DNA of 64,000 bases from the NCBI GenBank assembly GCA_964016885.1, contig OZ024743.1:58962001-59026000 (forward strand), read 5' to 3'. Made by a program: the position numbers and the translations under genes. Shown in pieces: positions 12,340-25,922 of this stretch (positions are counted from its first letter, which is position 1; each line of letters begins with the position of its first letter). Source of the stretch: Eledone cirrhosa (taxonomy: Eukaryota). A model generated the notes under the pieces. It worked only from the letters and a program-made list of their open reading frames with translations, was not told the DNA's origin and made no database searches.

Positions 12340-15300
12340 GGTGACCTACGTAGGAAATCGTATTATCTTGAGCTCCGAAAAGGTTTGTTGTTTTCGTTTG
12401 TTTAAAATTGCAATCTATGGAAAATGTTTGTTGTTGTTAACTGTTTATAAGGTCACACAATTTGCTTTCGGAAAAGGACACTCAAAAAGATTGGGGCATT
12501 AAGCCCCAAATTTAAACTTTTATAATTATCAAACAAAAAAATTCTTTGAAAAAATCATGGACGTCTCACAAACTAACACCTCACAACGACACCACCATTG
12601 TAAATATTACTACGTTTGCCAACACTAAAAATATAAGCAGTAGCAATAATTTAAATTTGTCTCATGCAGACATTCATTTCCCGCCATTACCAATGACTGC
12701 AGGTGTTTAAGCCGCCACCCCCACCACCACCACAGCGACAACAGAAACAAAAGAAAAAAATAAATTATCTCGTGACATCGAAATGGATTCACCCAGAATG
12801 GACTCTTCCACACCAAACGCCACTAACGCCACCACCACCACAACTGAAACTAAAATTAGCAATAACAAAAATAACGATAACAACAACAGCAACAATGAGA
12901 ATAAGAAAACCCTGTCTTTTTCCAGAGTAGCAAAAAAGTGCGAAGCATTCCAGGTAACTCAAGAGGAATTAGAAGAAGCCAAACAAATGGTAAAGAAAGA
13001 TGGGTACAGGGTTAGCCTCACCCCCCTCCACCTAATAAAATGGAGCATCGGCGTCTATGCACCGTGTCTTATCGGACAATTAGCATAAAATCGCGCCGAG
13101 TGGAACGGGCATCCGAGTCCCAAATCCAAAAAGCTTTGGGACATGTGTGGGCAAAAAAACCCACATCAGACGTGGGCAGAAATATGGAACCATGGACGTG
13201 TTCTTTGAAACACCACAGGAGGCCAGAGAACACTCCATGGCAACATTAAGCGCGACTTCACACTCGTCCCAAGCTATTGTGGCCAGAGACTCGTGAAGAT
13301 CAGGGTGACCCACGTTCCACCGGTCATCGAAATTCCCTGGCTAATAGCTGCCGTCCTCGCCGGCATCGAAGCCAACACCAAGATAATAGAAATAGCGAAA
13401 GAAAAGCAGGAGAACTGGTCCGGATCTGGCTTGGAGCTGCTGATCCAAACGGACCAAAAAAGCATTGAGGAGATCCCAGAGGTAATAGACCCCACTGACG
13501 GCAGCCACCCCACCGTAATCGTCGAGGGCAGAAGGCCTAGGTGTGTCGTTTGTGGTGAAGAAATCCACCTAAGGGCTTTCTGCCCTCAGGCTAAAAGGTT
13601 GAGGCCACCTCTCTTACCCATCCCAGTGACGCAACCATCAACACAACCAGCAGCAGAGATGGCAGCAACAACTGTAGCAGCAACAGCAGAAGCAACAACC
13701 CCAGCAACAGTAGCAAAACCACTACCACCACCACCCAACGCGCCAGAACTAGCACAAGCGCCTACACTATCCACCACGCCACAACCAAAACCAACGCCTG
13801 TGGAGGATTTTCCACTTCCCGGCCTATCACAACTGGAGACAGATTGGGACGACGAGGAGTGCAAAACGGTATCAGGAAAAAAGAAAAAATAGAAACCAAA
13901 AAATAAAAAATTCTCTTCCTTCCCCTTCCAAAAACAATATACAGAGGGAAACAAATAAATTAACAAACAAAAAAAGTTAGGACATATATGCCACCATCCA
14001 CACCAGCATCACCAACCCCATCACCACAAACAACAACACCAACACCATCATTAACAGCAACACCACCATCACCTACACCACAAAAGTCACCAACAAGCGA
14101 AACAGAAACAAACCCACAACAAACGCAAACAAAACAAAACAACCAGAACGATACACACTACACAGCATTAAATTTGAACAATAACCAATTATTACACTAC
14201 ATCCAACACAACACCAGCATCACAGAAAAAGACTACACAACAACCCAAAAGTTCAAACCACGTCCACACATACAAATCACTCGCATCACACAGAAAACGT
14301 ACACGACACTAAAACAAAAATTCCCCAAAGACATCGGAGACTTCCGACAAGCACTCTCCAGGAGGATTTACAAAGACATCCTTCCGGAGGAGGCCACAAG
14401 CAGTGAAAAGGATGGACAAACCATCCTTCCTCTACGAGAAGTAAGGTAAGTCGTCTTTCCCATCTTTTCCACTCCATTTTAACATAACCTCACTCAGAAT
14501 AGGCAGCATAAATGCGCGTGGCTTGGGGTCGTCATGGAAGTAGGGCTATCTGCTTAACGACCTCAGGTCACTAAACATAGATGTAGTGGCCATCAGCGAG
14601 ACCAGAATCTCCGAAGCACGGGCCTTCGCACCGATCTTTGGCGGCTGGGAGGAGTTGCTGTGCTTTTTCGGAGAGGTCTGGATCTCGCCATACGGGCCAT
14701 CTTGCTGGACCCAGAAGTTAAGTTGGTAGTGCTGGACGTGACCAGCGGAGACGGGCAAGCTTTCAGGCTAGTGGCCGTCTATGCCTAGACAGGAGCAGGG
14801 AGGCCTGATTTCTTCCGGCGTATGGAGACCTTTCTTAGAACGTCCCGCTCTTTAGTGTTAGTGGGCGACTGGAACGGGATCTTAGATGCACGCTGGTTCT
14901 CTGTGGGATTAGCGGATAGAGGAGGAGGGTGCAAGAGTCTCACCAACCTGCTCAGGCCTTTTGAACTGTCTGACAGGTACCGATTGGATTTCTTGAATGT
15001 ACCAATGTGGACTTGGACAAATCGTATAGGGTCATCCAGATCATATCTAGATAGAGATTTTGTAGGGAAATAGATAGGTCTAGCATAGACTGTCCACAAT
15101 TCAAGATAGTCAGCTACACGGACCACAAATTCGTGATCTGTGTGCTTGACTTAGATAGGCTTCATAGACGAGGAACCGGCTACTGGAAGCTAAACGCGTC
15201 CTTACCAGCGCGCAAGGCCTACAGAGACCGGATTAGCGAACTAGTTAAGCGGGCGTTGACGGGAACCATCGTCAACAACAAGTTGTGGTTTGCTCTGAAA

Positions 15301-15344
15301 AGAGCAATTAGAATAGAGTCCATTATGTTTAGTAAGGCTTTTTT

Positions 15345-15533
15345 ATGGGCGGTAGATTGGCAGTATCGGTAGAGGGTCGGACGCTATGCTTTGCAGCAAA
15401 GAGTTACGGCCCTTTATGATCTGAGTTCAAATCCCGCCGAGGTTAACTTTGCCTTTCATCCTTACGGGGTCGATAAAATAAAGTACCAGTAATACACTGG
15501 GCAATTGCTGGCCTTGTGCCTAACGTAGAAACA
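15345..15533 (+). mobile_element. SINE inserted in Tx1 ORF2 with 20-bp TSD
   Basis: TSD attatgtttagtaaggcttt at 15322-15341 and 15534-15553. Confidence 0.92.
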
Positions 15534-16348
15534 ATTATGTTTAGTAAGGCTTTAGCAATAGAGAAAAAGAGAGCAGAGGGATATTTAGTTAGAAAATTAG
15601 ACGAGGCACTTTGCAAAGGCATCGCGACCGACGTACTTGCGGCGAAATTGGCCCTTGACCAATTCTTCAATGCAAAGCACGAAGGCTGCGTTGTGAGAGC
15701 AAGGGTGCGTGCAATCAGACACGAGGGACGAAAGCCGTTCAATGGGCCCGAGTGGCGGAGGCGCGTCTTGGCAACAAAGCCCCGATCCGGTCTTTGGTGG
15801 ACCACGACGGGCGCATGCTACTCGATCCCGGGCAAATGTGTGAAGCTTTTCAGCGACACTTCGCTCAACTGTCGGGGGCAGCGGCGGGCCGGATCGAGGG
15901 ATGGACGTTAGTGTCTACCTCGACAGACTGCCGCGGCTCTCGGCCACTGAGGCGGATGGTGCGAAAAGCCGATAACAGCCGCTGAAGTACGGGAGGCAAT
16001 GACTGGCTGCACAAGGAGTAATCGCCTGGTTTGGATGGTCTGCCCTATGAACTTTACGTACAAATGCCAGACTTGTTCGAAGGCCTCTTGGCGGACGTCT
16101 ACTGCAACTGGCAACAGAACGGGAGAATTCCCAGCTCTGTGAGCCGAGAAGCAGTTGCGCTGCTGAGAAAGGATCCGAACAAGGGGGATAACATAGATAA
16201 TTTTAGGCCCATAAATTCTGCTAAACACAGAGTTCAAGATTTTGGCCAAGGTGCTAGCAAAAAGGTTGGCGCTTGTCGTTGATCGTCTGGGGGAGAGGCG
16301 CAGACATGCGCCACTCCCGACAGATCCATCCACGACAACCTCCACCTC

Positions 16349-17071
16349 ATGCGATACATCGTAGAGAGGGTAGTTAGGGAAACTGGCACGGGTGGATGTT
16401 TGATAAATTTAGATCAGTCCAAAGCTTTCGATAGGGTCGACCATCGTTACCTAGCGGCAATCCTGAGGGCGGCTGGCTTTGGGCCCGTCTTCAGAGGCTG
16501 GATCGCTGCCATGCACAGCAACATCTGCTCTGTAGTGAGAGTGAACGGTCACCTTTCGGAACCGTTCAACATCATGCGCTCGGTCCGCCAAGGATGTCCC
16601 CTCTCGTCCCTATTGTACGTATTGACTCTCGAGCCATTACTGCACAAACTGGAGACGTTGAAGGGGATCCCGCGCGAACTAGGATGCGGAAGATCCGTGT
16701 CAGCATATGCCGACGATGTCACCGTAGTGGTGTCGAACGCCAAACACATCGAGGCGATCGGCACTACACTAAGAGAATACGAAGCGGTGACAGGTGCAAT
16801 GATCAACCAGGAAAAGTCAGTGGGCCTGCAGCTCGGCACCTGGAGAGGCAGGTCCATGCCGTCCAACAGCGTCGTCGGGCGCTGGACGGACGGACCGGTT
16901 AAATTGCTAGGGGTCTGGTTTGGTACGGACATCCAGACGGACAAAAACTGGGACGAGGTGACGAGCAGGGTGGCTTCTCTCACACAGAAATGGGCCGAGA
17001 GGAAGCTATCCCTGAAAAGTCGAGCGGAGGTGGCTAACGCGTACATACGTCAGTCATCTACTACCGCCTGA
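16349..17071 (+). pseudogene. Reverse transcriptase core of Tx1 copy 2
   Basis: KAFDRV, RQGCPLS, YADD and KLLGV motifs. Confidence 0.9.
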
Positions 17072-18334
17072 CCGTCGTACCTCGTCCTAAGCCTCGCCTG
17101 ACTGCGCAGGAGCGTTTCCTCTTTTGCCTTTTGTGGAAGGGACGCGCTCCGATGGTCAGCCGGTCCATCTGCTGTCAACACCCGCTACGTGGAGGGCTGG
17201 GCATGCCGTGGCTGATGATGCGCAGACACGCGCTCAGGCTACGACATCTCCATCTCTTCCTCGGCGGTGATCAGGTGTGGTCGCCGTTTGCTAGACACGT
17301 CTTTCCCCAGCTCTCTCCTTGACGGAGCTGCAGTCCTGGGTGAAGCGAAGACCGAGAGGGAGCGCTTGGAGACTAGAATGTCTTCAGGCGCTCACAGCCC
17401 TCGACCAATCGGGCAATGTGATCGGTGGAAACTCCACCTTGGCGTTCTATAGAGGATTAGTGGCGGGGAAGAGCGATCAACTAGCCAATTTCTCAAAGGA
17501 CTTTCGGGCCGGGGCCTATGGACAACTTCCAGAAATCCCTGGCCTGGCAGTGCTACCGGGGAGCTTTGCCAGTTCCGGATAAACTCTACAGTCATGGAGG
17601 TGCCGTTAGCCGGGCATGTCCGAGATGCGCGCAGGGCGACGAAACCGTCCTGCATGCACTCGTCCAGTGTCCGAGCATTGCTGACTTGTGGGTTTATGTC
17701 GAACACCTGCTGTCACGTGTAGGACGGATCCAGCTAACAGCTGAGTCCATCCTGAGGATTGCCCACCCTCTTCCTTTAGCCGGGTAGGGCAGGCAGTTTT
17801 TATCTGTCTGGTGGCCATGGCGAAAGAGATAGTATGGTGGACACGTTTGAAAGGGCTGAAGACGAGCACTTACCTCTTCGGTGATGCCCTGATTAACTTT
17901 TTCAAATTTGATTTGAAAAGGAAAATCAGGGTAGAGAGGAAAGTGCTCTCTTCCCAGCATTTTGTTGAAAGATGGGTGAGACAAGCAAGTATGGCCCGAG
18001 TGAAAGGGCCTACTCTGAGTATGTGTCTGTAAATTAAAGGTGGAAAACTGGGAGATGGCACTTGCCCTGGTGGTCAGGGTCACTGTGGTCTTTTAATGGG
18101 CTTTCTCCACAAATGTCCTCTGGAAGTCTCCCCCCCCCTATTGGGGAATTTTTCTTTGTTATTTTATTACATCCTCTGTTTTTTTTACACGCAGAAATGC
18201 CCATTTGTACCGTCCTGTATTGTCCTGTACTGTCCTTAATGTCTACTTTATGTAAACCCTTGCGGTTAATAAAGAACACATTATTATTATTATTATTATT
18301 ATTATTAATATTATTATTATCATTATTATCACCA

Positions 18335-18620
18335 CAGTACAACCCTAGGTTGACTCCATCTACCACGTTGAGTGCTATCGATTTAGCCTCATTTATCCGA
18401 ACGCAAATACTCGAGTCATCATGTTAACATGAAGCTGACCATCGATCTCATACTCCTGCAGAATCTTCCACAGAAGCTCCTGAGCAACGCGGTCATATGC
18501 CTTTCGAGGTCTACAAAACAAGAATATACCTCGTGGTAATACTCTCACGATTTCTTGAAGATCTGCTGCAATGTGAATACATGGTCGACTATGCTGCGCC
18601 CGCGGCGAAACCCACACGGT
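18335..18620 (-). mobile_element. RTE-like LINE RT fragment
   Basis: KAYDRVAQELLWKILQEYEIDGQL. Similar to the fragment at 46050-46680. Confidence 0.6.
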
Positions 18621-19189
18621 TCATCAACTTGATTGGACAGGACAATCCTTATGCATCTCTTTACCGGGAAGGCTTAGCAAAGACATCCCTCTGTAACTGG
18701 AATAATCTCTCTCTTGACTTCCTTTTTGAAAATTGTGATTATCACTCCCGATTAGCTGCCTTTCCAGAGATCCAGGCCACCTGGCACACATGGATCAGCC
18801 TGAAAATACCTTCTCTATCTAAGGATTTTAATATCTCACTGTTTGGCGCATAAACTTGCACCACTCATAGAGACATTTCTCTCAGCTTATGCTTCAACAG
18901 CAAATCCTCCGTTCCAATGGGACCCTGTTACTAACACACTGTGACAGTTGTGGGCTTGAAAGTATCCCCACTCCCAACAGTGCTGCCATTTCTGACGTAA
19001 CACCTGAATGGTGGAATTTCCATCCTTCATCCAATTTTACAGTACCTTAGCCACGGAACCCTGTTGACCAAACCCAAACTATGTCCAGTAGGTAGAATTT
19101 GGCCTCCTCCACTAGATCCTTCTCCCTACCTGTTCTAAGCAGTGCTGTTTTCTACCCTTTCTCCACGCGCATAGCAACACCTATTTGTC

Positions 19190-19430
19190 TAATACAGTTC
19201 TCAAGATGTTTATTTACTGTTTCTGAGGCTCCAACTACTTTTCAGTGGCTTCACCTGCTTAAGTTCCCAAGCTAAACTGTCGTATCTATCGACCTTTTCC
19301 CTTTTGTATTGCATACCTGCAGCTGGACATGCTATACCAACGATCCTACACATTTTGCTTTCTTTCTAAATTATCACAATACCCTGTTACCTATGCTCCA
19401 TATTATGGTCACACACTATTAGAAAGTACA
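19190..19430 (-). mobile_element. Highly degenerate RLE-LINE fragment
   Basis: Weak EKVDRYDSLAWELK...VVGASETV-like translation, resembling the RLE domain at 10999-11382. Confidence 0.4.
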
Positions 19431-22400
19431 TGATCTTCGCATTATCATGTCATGTTGATCGTCATTGGGGCGTTATGCACGGTCTCTAAACGCCTTCCAT
19501 CTTTTATCAAAAGCGTTGTGATCCTCGACTTCATAGGCAGTGCCCAAATTTCTACCATCATTAGCACTACCAGAAATTATAATTAGAGAAAATATAATTA
19601 GAGTCGACTCTTCCTTCATATATTGCTGACCTTGTGCTAAATTTGTTGTCGATTTAATTATAGTTATTATTAGCAGTGTATTGGCACAATCATTAGATCG
19701 TAGGATAAACAGCTTTACGGTATTTAGTTAGGGATTTTACGTACAAATTTCAAATCAAAACGTGGCCAACCCTACCTTTCATTTTTCCGGGTGCCAAAAT
19801 TAAATTAGCAGTCAAGTATTGGGGTCGAATTAAACAATTTTCTCGTCTCCCCAGCTTCAAAAGCTTCACGGTATTTAGTTACGGCCCTTTACGTCCTGAG
19901 TACAAATATTTCGTCAAAGATATCTTTACCATATATAATATGGAGCTGAATTAATGTACTGGTGTCAATTTAATCGGCTAGCCACTGCACCCCTGCCAAA
20001 TGTTTGGCCATGCATCGCCTATATTAGAAACAATTATATTTGTATGTAGCATTCTCACTCATTCTTTCCCATTTCTCACCCGTCCTCCCACTCGTTATTC
20101 ACCGCCTATACCTTCACATCATCATCCAAAGGCAATGACAGCCACAATGGCGGTTGTTGCGGCAAATTTGAAGCTATCGCGTTTGTTTCTGTCATATTTC
20201 AGACACGAATACATAAACCTCTTTAATAGTTATTTTCAATCTCATCCCAAAGAACAATATAACAACACTGCCTATGCTATTGACCATTATTCTAGACCTA
20301 AGATAGCATTTGGACTGAGAATTATTAAATTTATTGTTAATTTCCGTTTAGTAGGATTTTCCAATATCAAGATGGCCTATTTCCTTTTTATCTGCTCCGC
20401 TGACTGTTAAACGTGTATAAAATCTCGTTTTCTTTGAATGTCCGATACCATATTCGATCAGCCATTTTAACAACTTATACCATTAATTTAATGTTTTGTT
20501 GTTCCTGGAGAAATAATAGCAAGGTCTGCATGATTATTGTTTGAGCAATGACAGATGTTTATAAGGTACACCAGGAGAGAAAGATATCAACAAATATATA
20601 ACACAGAAATTAAATCTTTAAAAGATAAAATAAATTAGTTTGTCAAGGAACGTAAAATTTATTGACTTTAAAATCAACCATCTTCCATAATTATTCGTGG
20701 ATTAACAATGTAGTAGTTTTGAATGATACATAATTGTTTAGAAGTTCGGAGTTTATAGTGAGTTAGTGCGTTGATTTATCATTGTCTTTCTAGCATGTAT
20801 TGTTGCCGCTGTGGACAATAAAGATTAGAATGTTGTTGCCGCTGTTAGTTTCTTTCGCTAAAAGATTTGTTTTTTATCGTTGATCTTGTTATTGTATCAG
20901 TTGTGATTTCGATTCACAGCAACGACACAAAGATACGAACCATGGGTCCCTTTGTTTGATTATCTGAAACATCACCATTACAGTTTTGTGTAATAGTTTA
21001 CTATCGTACTTAACATCTAATGTGTTGACATAATTCCTTCTTGTATATTTTTCAATATTTTAGTCAAGTAATATTTGAGATCATGTGTACTTAGGATTTG
21101 TTCTTTTAATAATATTTTTTCATAAGACGTGCTGTAGAATAACACACCCCGTCTCATTCCATGAACCACAAGACAACTTTTAAAATTTGAATTCGGTGTC
21201 CGTCGAATTTCTTTGCCCAAAATGAACCAGTAAAATATATTCTTCATAAGTTTAATAATGGGTATACAAAACAATTTCTGTGCAACACGCTTGTGAATAT
21301 TTGTTCGTATACATTTTAACATCAATACTTGTAATTATCAATAATTGTTGATATATATATTATAAAATACATATTCCTTTGCTTTTTCAGTTTCAAAACA
21401 TTTGACTATTACCAATTATCGACCCAGCAAAAGGTCTGCTCCCACCATGTTTCTGGAAAGAGTAAAGACATATATATATAGGAATGGGTCATTGCTTGAT
21501 TATAGGTAATTTTCATAACTAGTATGGAATTACTTTATGAAGTTAGTAGATAAAAACGCACTTCTACATGTCGACTATATCAAAATCAAAGAGCTCGTTT
21601 AGTTTTATTTCATGTTGCTGCCATATTTGTTTTCAGCACTACATTATGCACAATACAAAGATGTTATTCCAAATTCTCATTGTTCATCGGTCATATCATC
21701 ATGTTCATCCAACATCTAACCGCGAACGATTTTCGGTTTCTTTGAACCAACGAAAGCAACAAGCCTAGAGGAAGTTTTTTTCCATTATACTAATATACAG
21801 CACTTCATCGATAGCAAATATACTTGTCAAACATTACAGCCCTTTCACTATGTCGAGATATCTATCTATCTATATGTCTATCTACATTTCCTCACCACAG
21901 TAATTATCCAAATATCTGCAAACATACTCCGATGTTCAACCCCTGTCCCAACAACTACCTTACACTCGATTATTACTCTCAATTCCCAATGTTTTCAACG
22001 TCAATACTAGGATTTGCTAAAATACCCTTAATAACCACCAGTGTACCTTCATCGTCCGTAACAACTATTATGATTTCCAGAGTCTTTTTCCCAAAACTTT
22101 GAATAAAGGATGAATTGTTCGCCATTTATAGAATTATGCAACTGTTTCCGATAAAAGAAACTCTTTACTAAGTTGTATGCCTGTGAAATTACTCTGGTTT
22201 CTTACAGTAAATTAAATTATTTATCCAAGTATTATGTATTGTCAGGAATATCACATACTGTTATGCCAACAAGTGTTGGTATACATTATAACTATTTCTA
22301 ATGTACATTAAGAAGTGACTTGTATCGGATATCTATTAAAGTTATCTTGAAAATATTCGCTAATAAGGCCATGACAATTTATTACATTTAAAAACGTCAA

Positions 22401-23477
22401 AGTCCCAACAATGGAACTTCAAATGCCACAACTCTTACTTTCTGATGACTGTCATGTCTCCAATCTAATCCAATATTGGGCTTTCTCACTCCTTTTGGAG
22501 GATCTCCTCATTGATTGACTTCCACCATTCTTGGTTTTGGTCATGTCATTAGGGTTCTAACCGTACTCATCAGGTTTGGCTAATTGCAGGTTTAGCCCAT
22601 AGTTTGGGATGATGGCTGTTGACTCTGTAGAATTCATCTTCCCTTTAAAATCTCTTGTGTTTGCTGCTGGGCTTCCAGTTACCCTCCTCATCAGACCGAT
22701 GTCTAGTTGGGGAGACGGTTTAGTTGACGACCACTCGATCATGAAGCAGGTTGTACTGGTTTTAGTAGCAGAGAGAAGCCTGACCTGACATAATGTCATG
22801 TCTGTCTTACATATATCATATAACCAAACCTGCACTCAACATAATTGCATTGGACAGACATGTTATCGTTATATTCATACCACACTTATATATCAGATGT
22901 TGTTGCTATAAATATAGACTACATCCCAAATGAGGCTATTCTTTTTAATATGTTTTAACACATCACTGCACAAGGGGCATCATATATAACAGTTACCTCT
23001 CCCTGTTTCATCTACCAAATTAAAAAAGGTATCTGTTCCGCTGACCTATATATTCCCACTCATAGGCCTGACCAATATACGAAACACGCCTTCTTCATCA
23101 CATTTAATGCTTCTAAATTAGCAGAGGCGTAACATACATATTTCATTAGAAGCACTACCAATTTATCATACCTCAATATTATGTTAATCTAGATCTCTTA
23201 AATGCAGAAAATACAATTTATGCAATGTCTATCACGGACTACGGACATACATTATGTTCCCAGTCTGCAACTACTGTCATTGACATTCAGTGCCGATCTT
23301 CATGTTGTACTAACTGTAATCAATAAAATATTTTGGAATCATCAAACAGTTTTTGCTACATCCTGTTCTACAGAGCACACTTCGACGACCTCACATGAAC
23401 CAAAACAGAGTTAGCAGAATCGCTATGACGTCTTATTAAATGCATCATTATTTTTCCCAGTTCCCTGCGTATCGAAT

Positions 23478-23741
23478 TTAAATCTCACTATGGTTATCTG
23501 TGTATTTCATCTTCTGTTTAGAGTCGATATATAAAGGAGTACTCCAAGCATGTTGGACAGGATGTTTTGTAGCATATCCTTTGGTACTGTACTCCCTGAC
23601 TTCAAATATTGATTTTCTTTTAGCAGGAGTTGCGACCGGCAGAGTGTATCCGTTTTTGAAAGACCAATGCAAGCATAATTTCACTCGTTCGATCCCATGA
23701 TCGGCTACATCACCTTTTATTTCCTATCTTGTGTAAAATGT
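23478..23741 (-). pseudogene. Candidate decayed or non-coding downstream exon
   Basis: Acceptor tttttcag in phase 0, matching the 25766 donor. Reads TFYTR* and then about 80 open codons. Confidence 0.25.
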
Positions 23742-24133
23742 CTGAAAAATCAAGCTATATTCCCCGCCTTATTTATAGTCCCATAAGTCCATGAATAGAA
23801 TAAACCATTACTTTCCGATGATTTAATACTTTAAATATTAGATTTGAATAGATTATGTCTTGATGAAATTAATACAGAGCAATTGGCTATTTTAAAAGAT
23901 AGAATGGTGTCTAGTCACCTCTTAAAAATGATTTCTGATTGACACATCTAGTCATCTAAACTGGAAGTAATTTAATGATTGATATGCTACTTTATCGATC
24001 TCAGATTGATGAAAGACAAAGCTGTCATTGGTGGGATTCGGACGCATAACGTAAGGTATTTTGACTGATGCTCTAAAGAATTTCCCAATCTTGAAACACA
24101 GATGGCAAAGTGATTAAATCATATTTAAATAAT

Positions 24134-24318
24134 TGTTTCTACTTTAGGCACAAGGCCAGCAACTACCCAGTACATTACTAGTACTTTATTTTATCGACCC
24201 CGTAAGGATGAAAGGCAAAGTTAACCTCGGCGGGATTTGAACTCAGACTGTAAAGGGACGTAACTATGCTAGAAAGCATGGCGTCCAACCCTCTACCGAT
24301 ACTGCCAATTCACCGCCC
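24134..24318 (-). mobile_element. Full-length SINE with 19-bp TSD
   Basis: taaatcatatttaaataat at 24115-24133 and 24319-24337. Confidence 0.9.
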
Positions 24319-24467
24319 TAAATCATATTTAAATAATAAAAATAAAAGATGAATTAAGGGGATTTAATATGGCTACGGAAGGGAGCCTTCCTTAGAAACA
24401 TCGTATCTTGAGTACTTTTAACCTGAGACAGCCCATAACTCCTGAGGTCGGGACACAACGTCTTTCA

Positions 24468-24469
<2 letters not shown>

Positions 24470-24517
<48 letters not shown>

Positions 24518-24535
24518 GAGAGAGAGAGAGAGAGA
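24470..24535. repeat. (GA)n microsatellite
   Basis: Directly visible. Confidence 0.95.
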
Positions 24536-25516
24536 CCGAAAAGTAACTTCAGTACAGGGTTGCTCCTCTATTTATCAACCTTAAAATAATGAAAGGCAAC
24601 GTTGACCCAAGCGAGATTTGAACAAAATACTGTGAGCCTAAACAAATAGCGAAGCATTTTTAGTCCGATGTTCTAACGACTCTACCAATTCACTAGCTTA
24701 TTTTGATAAAAAGAAGGTACATGTAACCTTTTCTGCATTCGAATTAACATAAGCCGCAAGTTATTTTGCACGCTTTCTTATAAATCGGTGAAAGACAATT
24801 TATATGAGAACCGTTACAGTTTGGGATCTGTCAGAGCAAACTAGAAATAAAATGAAATTTAAAGATGTACTATCGTCTTTAACATAAATAATTTATACCT
24901 GACCCTCCGCTCCTGATAATTCCACAGTTTAATTAGATCAATATGGCATCTGAAATGTTTTATTTAAGTTATATATCTACAAAAAAATAAAATGTATAGC
25001 AATTAATTACATATACACAACAAGAAAAATTTACGGAATATATATTACAAATAATCGAAACTACCAAAATAAAATATTTTACACATTTATAATTTCAAGA
25101 TAAACAATATTTTGCGTACATTTTAGGTAAAAAATAATATCAACACCAGCTATGTCACCGCCGCTTTCTCTCAATCTCTTTCTCACATAGTCATACAATC
25201 TTGTTTTCATAAATACATATGTGAGATCACAATAGCACACTCACTCTCTTACTAACACTTTTACCATCCCGTTTCTTGGGAGACAGAAAGGTTTCACGGG
25301 AGAAATCCTGAGCTAAATATAACACTATTTAATAGATAGATATAAAAACATTGCATATTGCATTCTTTGTACGTGTGCATTCTGACTGAGTGTGTTGTAG
25401 GTATAGGTGTCGTCACAGTGTATTGTCAATGTGAGTGTTTTGCTACTGTATGTTTTTTTTCAGTGTGTGTGCTGATACGGTGTGTGTGTTGTCTGTGTGC
25501 GTTCTCACTGTATCTG

Positions 25517-25552
25517 AGTGTGTGTGCGTATGTGTATGTGTGTGTGTGTGTT

Positions 25553-25600
<48 letters not shown>
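25517..25600. repeat. (GT)n microsatellite
   Basis: Directly visible. Confidence 0.95.
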
Positions 25601-25602
<2 letters not shown>

Positions 25603-25765
25603 TGTGCATGCGAGCATATTCTGTAAGCTTTCGCGTAAATCTGCTTTATGTGATTACCACCATTGAGCCAGCATGTTCGTTCTTGTTTGCTTTACAATGT
25701 CCATAATACATTAATATGCAACTACATCTAGCCCCGATCTTAGAATAGTCTCAGCTTATGCTTAC

Positions 25766-25922
25766 AATACAATTCGTTTGTTTATTGTTGTATCTCCTGT
25801 TGAGACGACTAGTGTTCCACTGGTTTGAACAAGGATCTGATGGCATGGAACTGCCACAAGTATAACGGGTTGAGCAATCACTAGTCTCCGTGAGTTTCAG
25901 CATGGTATGATATTTGTCAAGA
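25766..25922 (-). other. Candidate exon (LDKYHTMLKLTETSDCSTRYTCGSS...NCI)
   Basis: tatttcag acceptor, gtaagc donor and an open frame in phase 2-0. No recognised domain. Confidence 0.3.

Larger units (their letters stand above)
12340..18330 (+). mobile_element. Tx1/L1-clade LINE copy 2, full-length but degenerate
   Basis: ORF1 at about 12783-14449 (CVVCGEEIHLRAFC). ORF2 at about 14480-18032 with APE, RT (LDQSKAFDRV, VRQGCPLS, AYADD) and C-terminal CCHC. AATAAA at 18268 plus (ATT)n tail. Confidence 0.92.

Noticed and set aside
11943-18300. Direct repeats of about 400 bp flanking Tx1 copy 2, resembling LTRs
   Set aside because: They are LINE 3' ends with a polyadenylation signal and tail. There are no TG..CA ends, PBS or integrase, so this is a tandem insertion.
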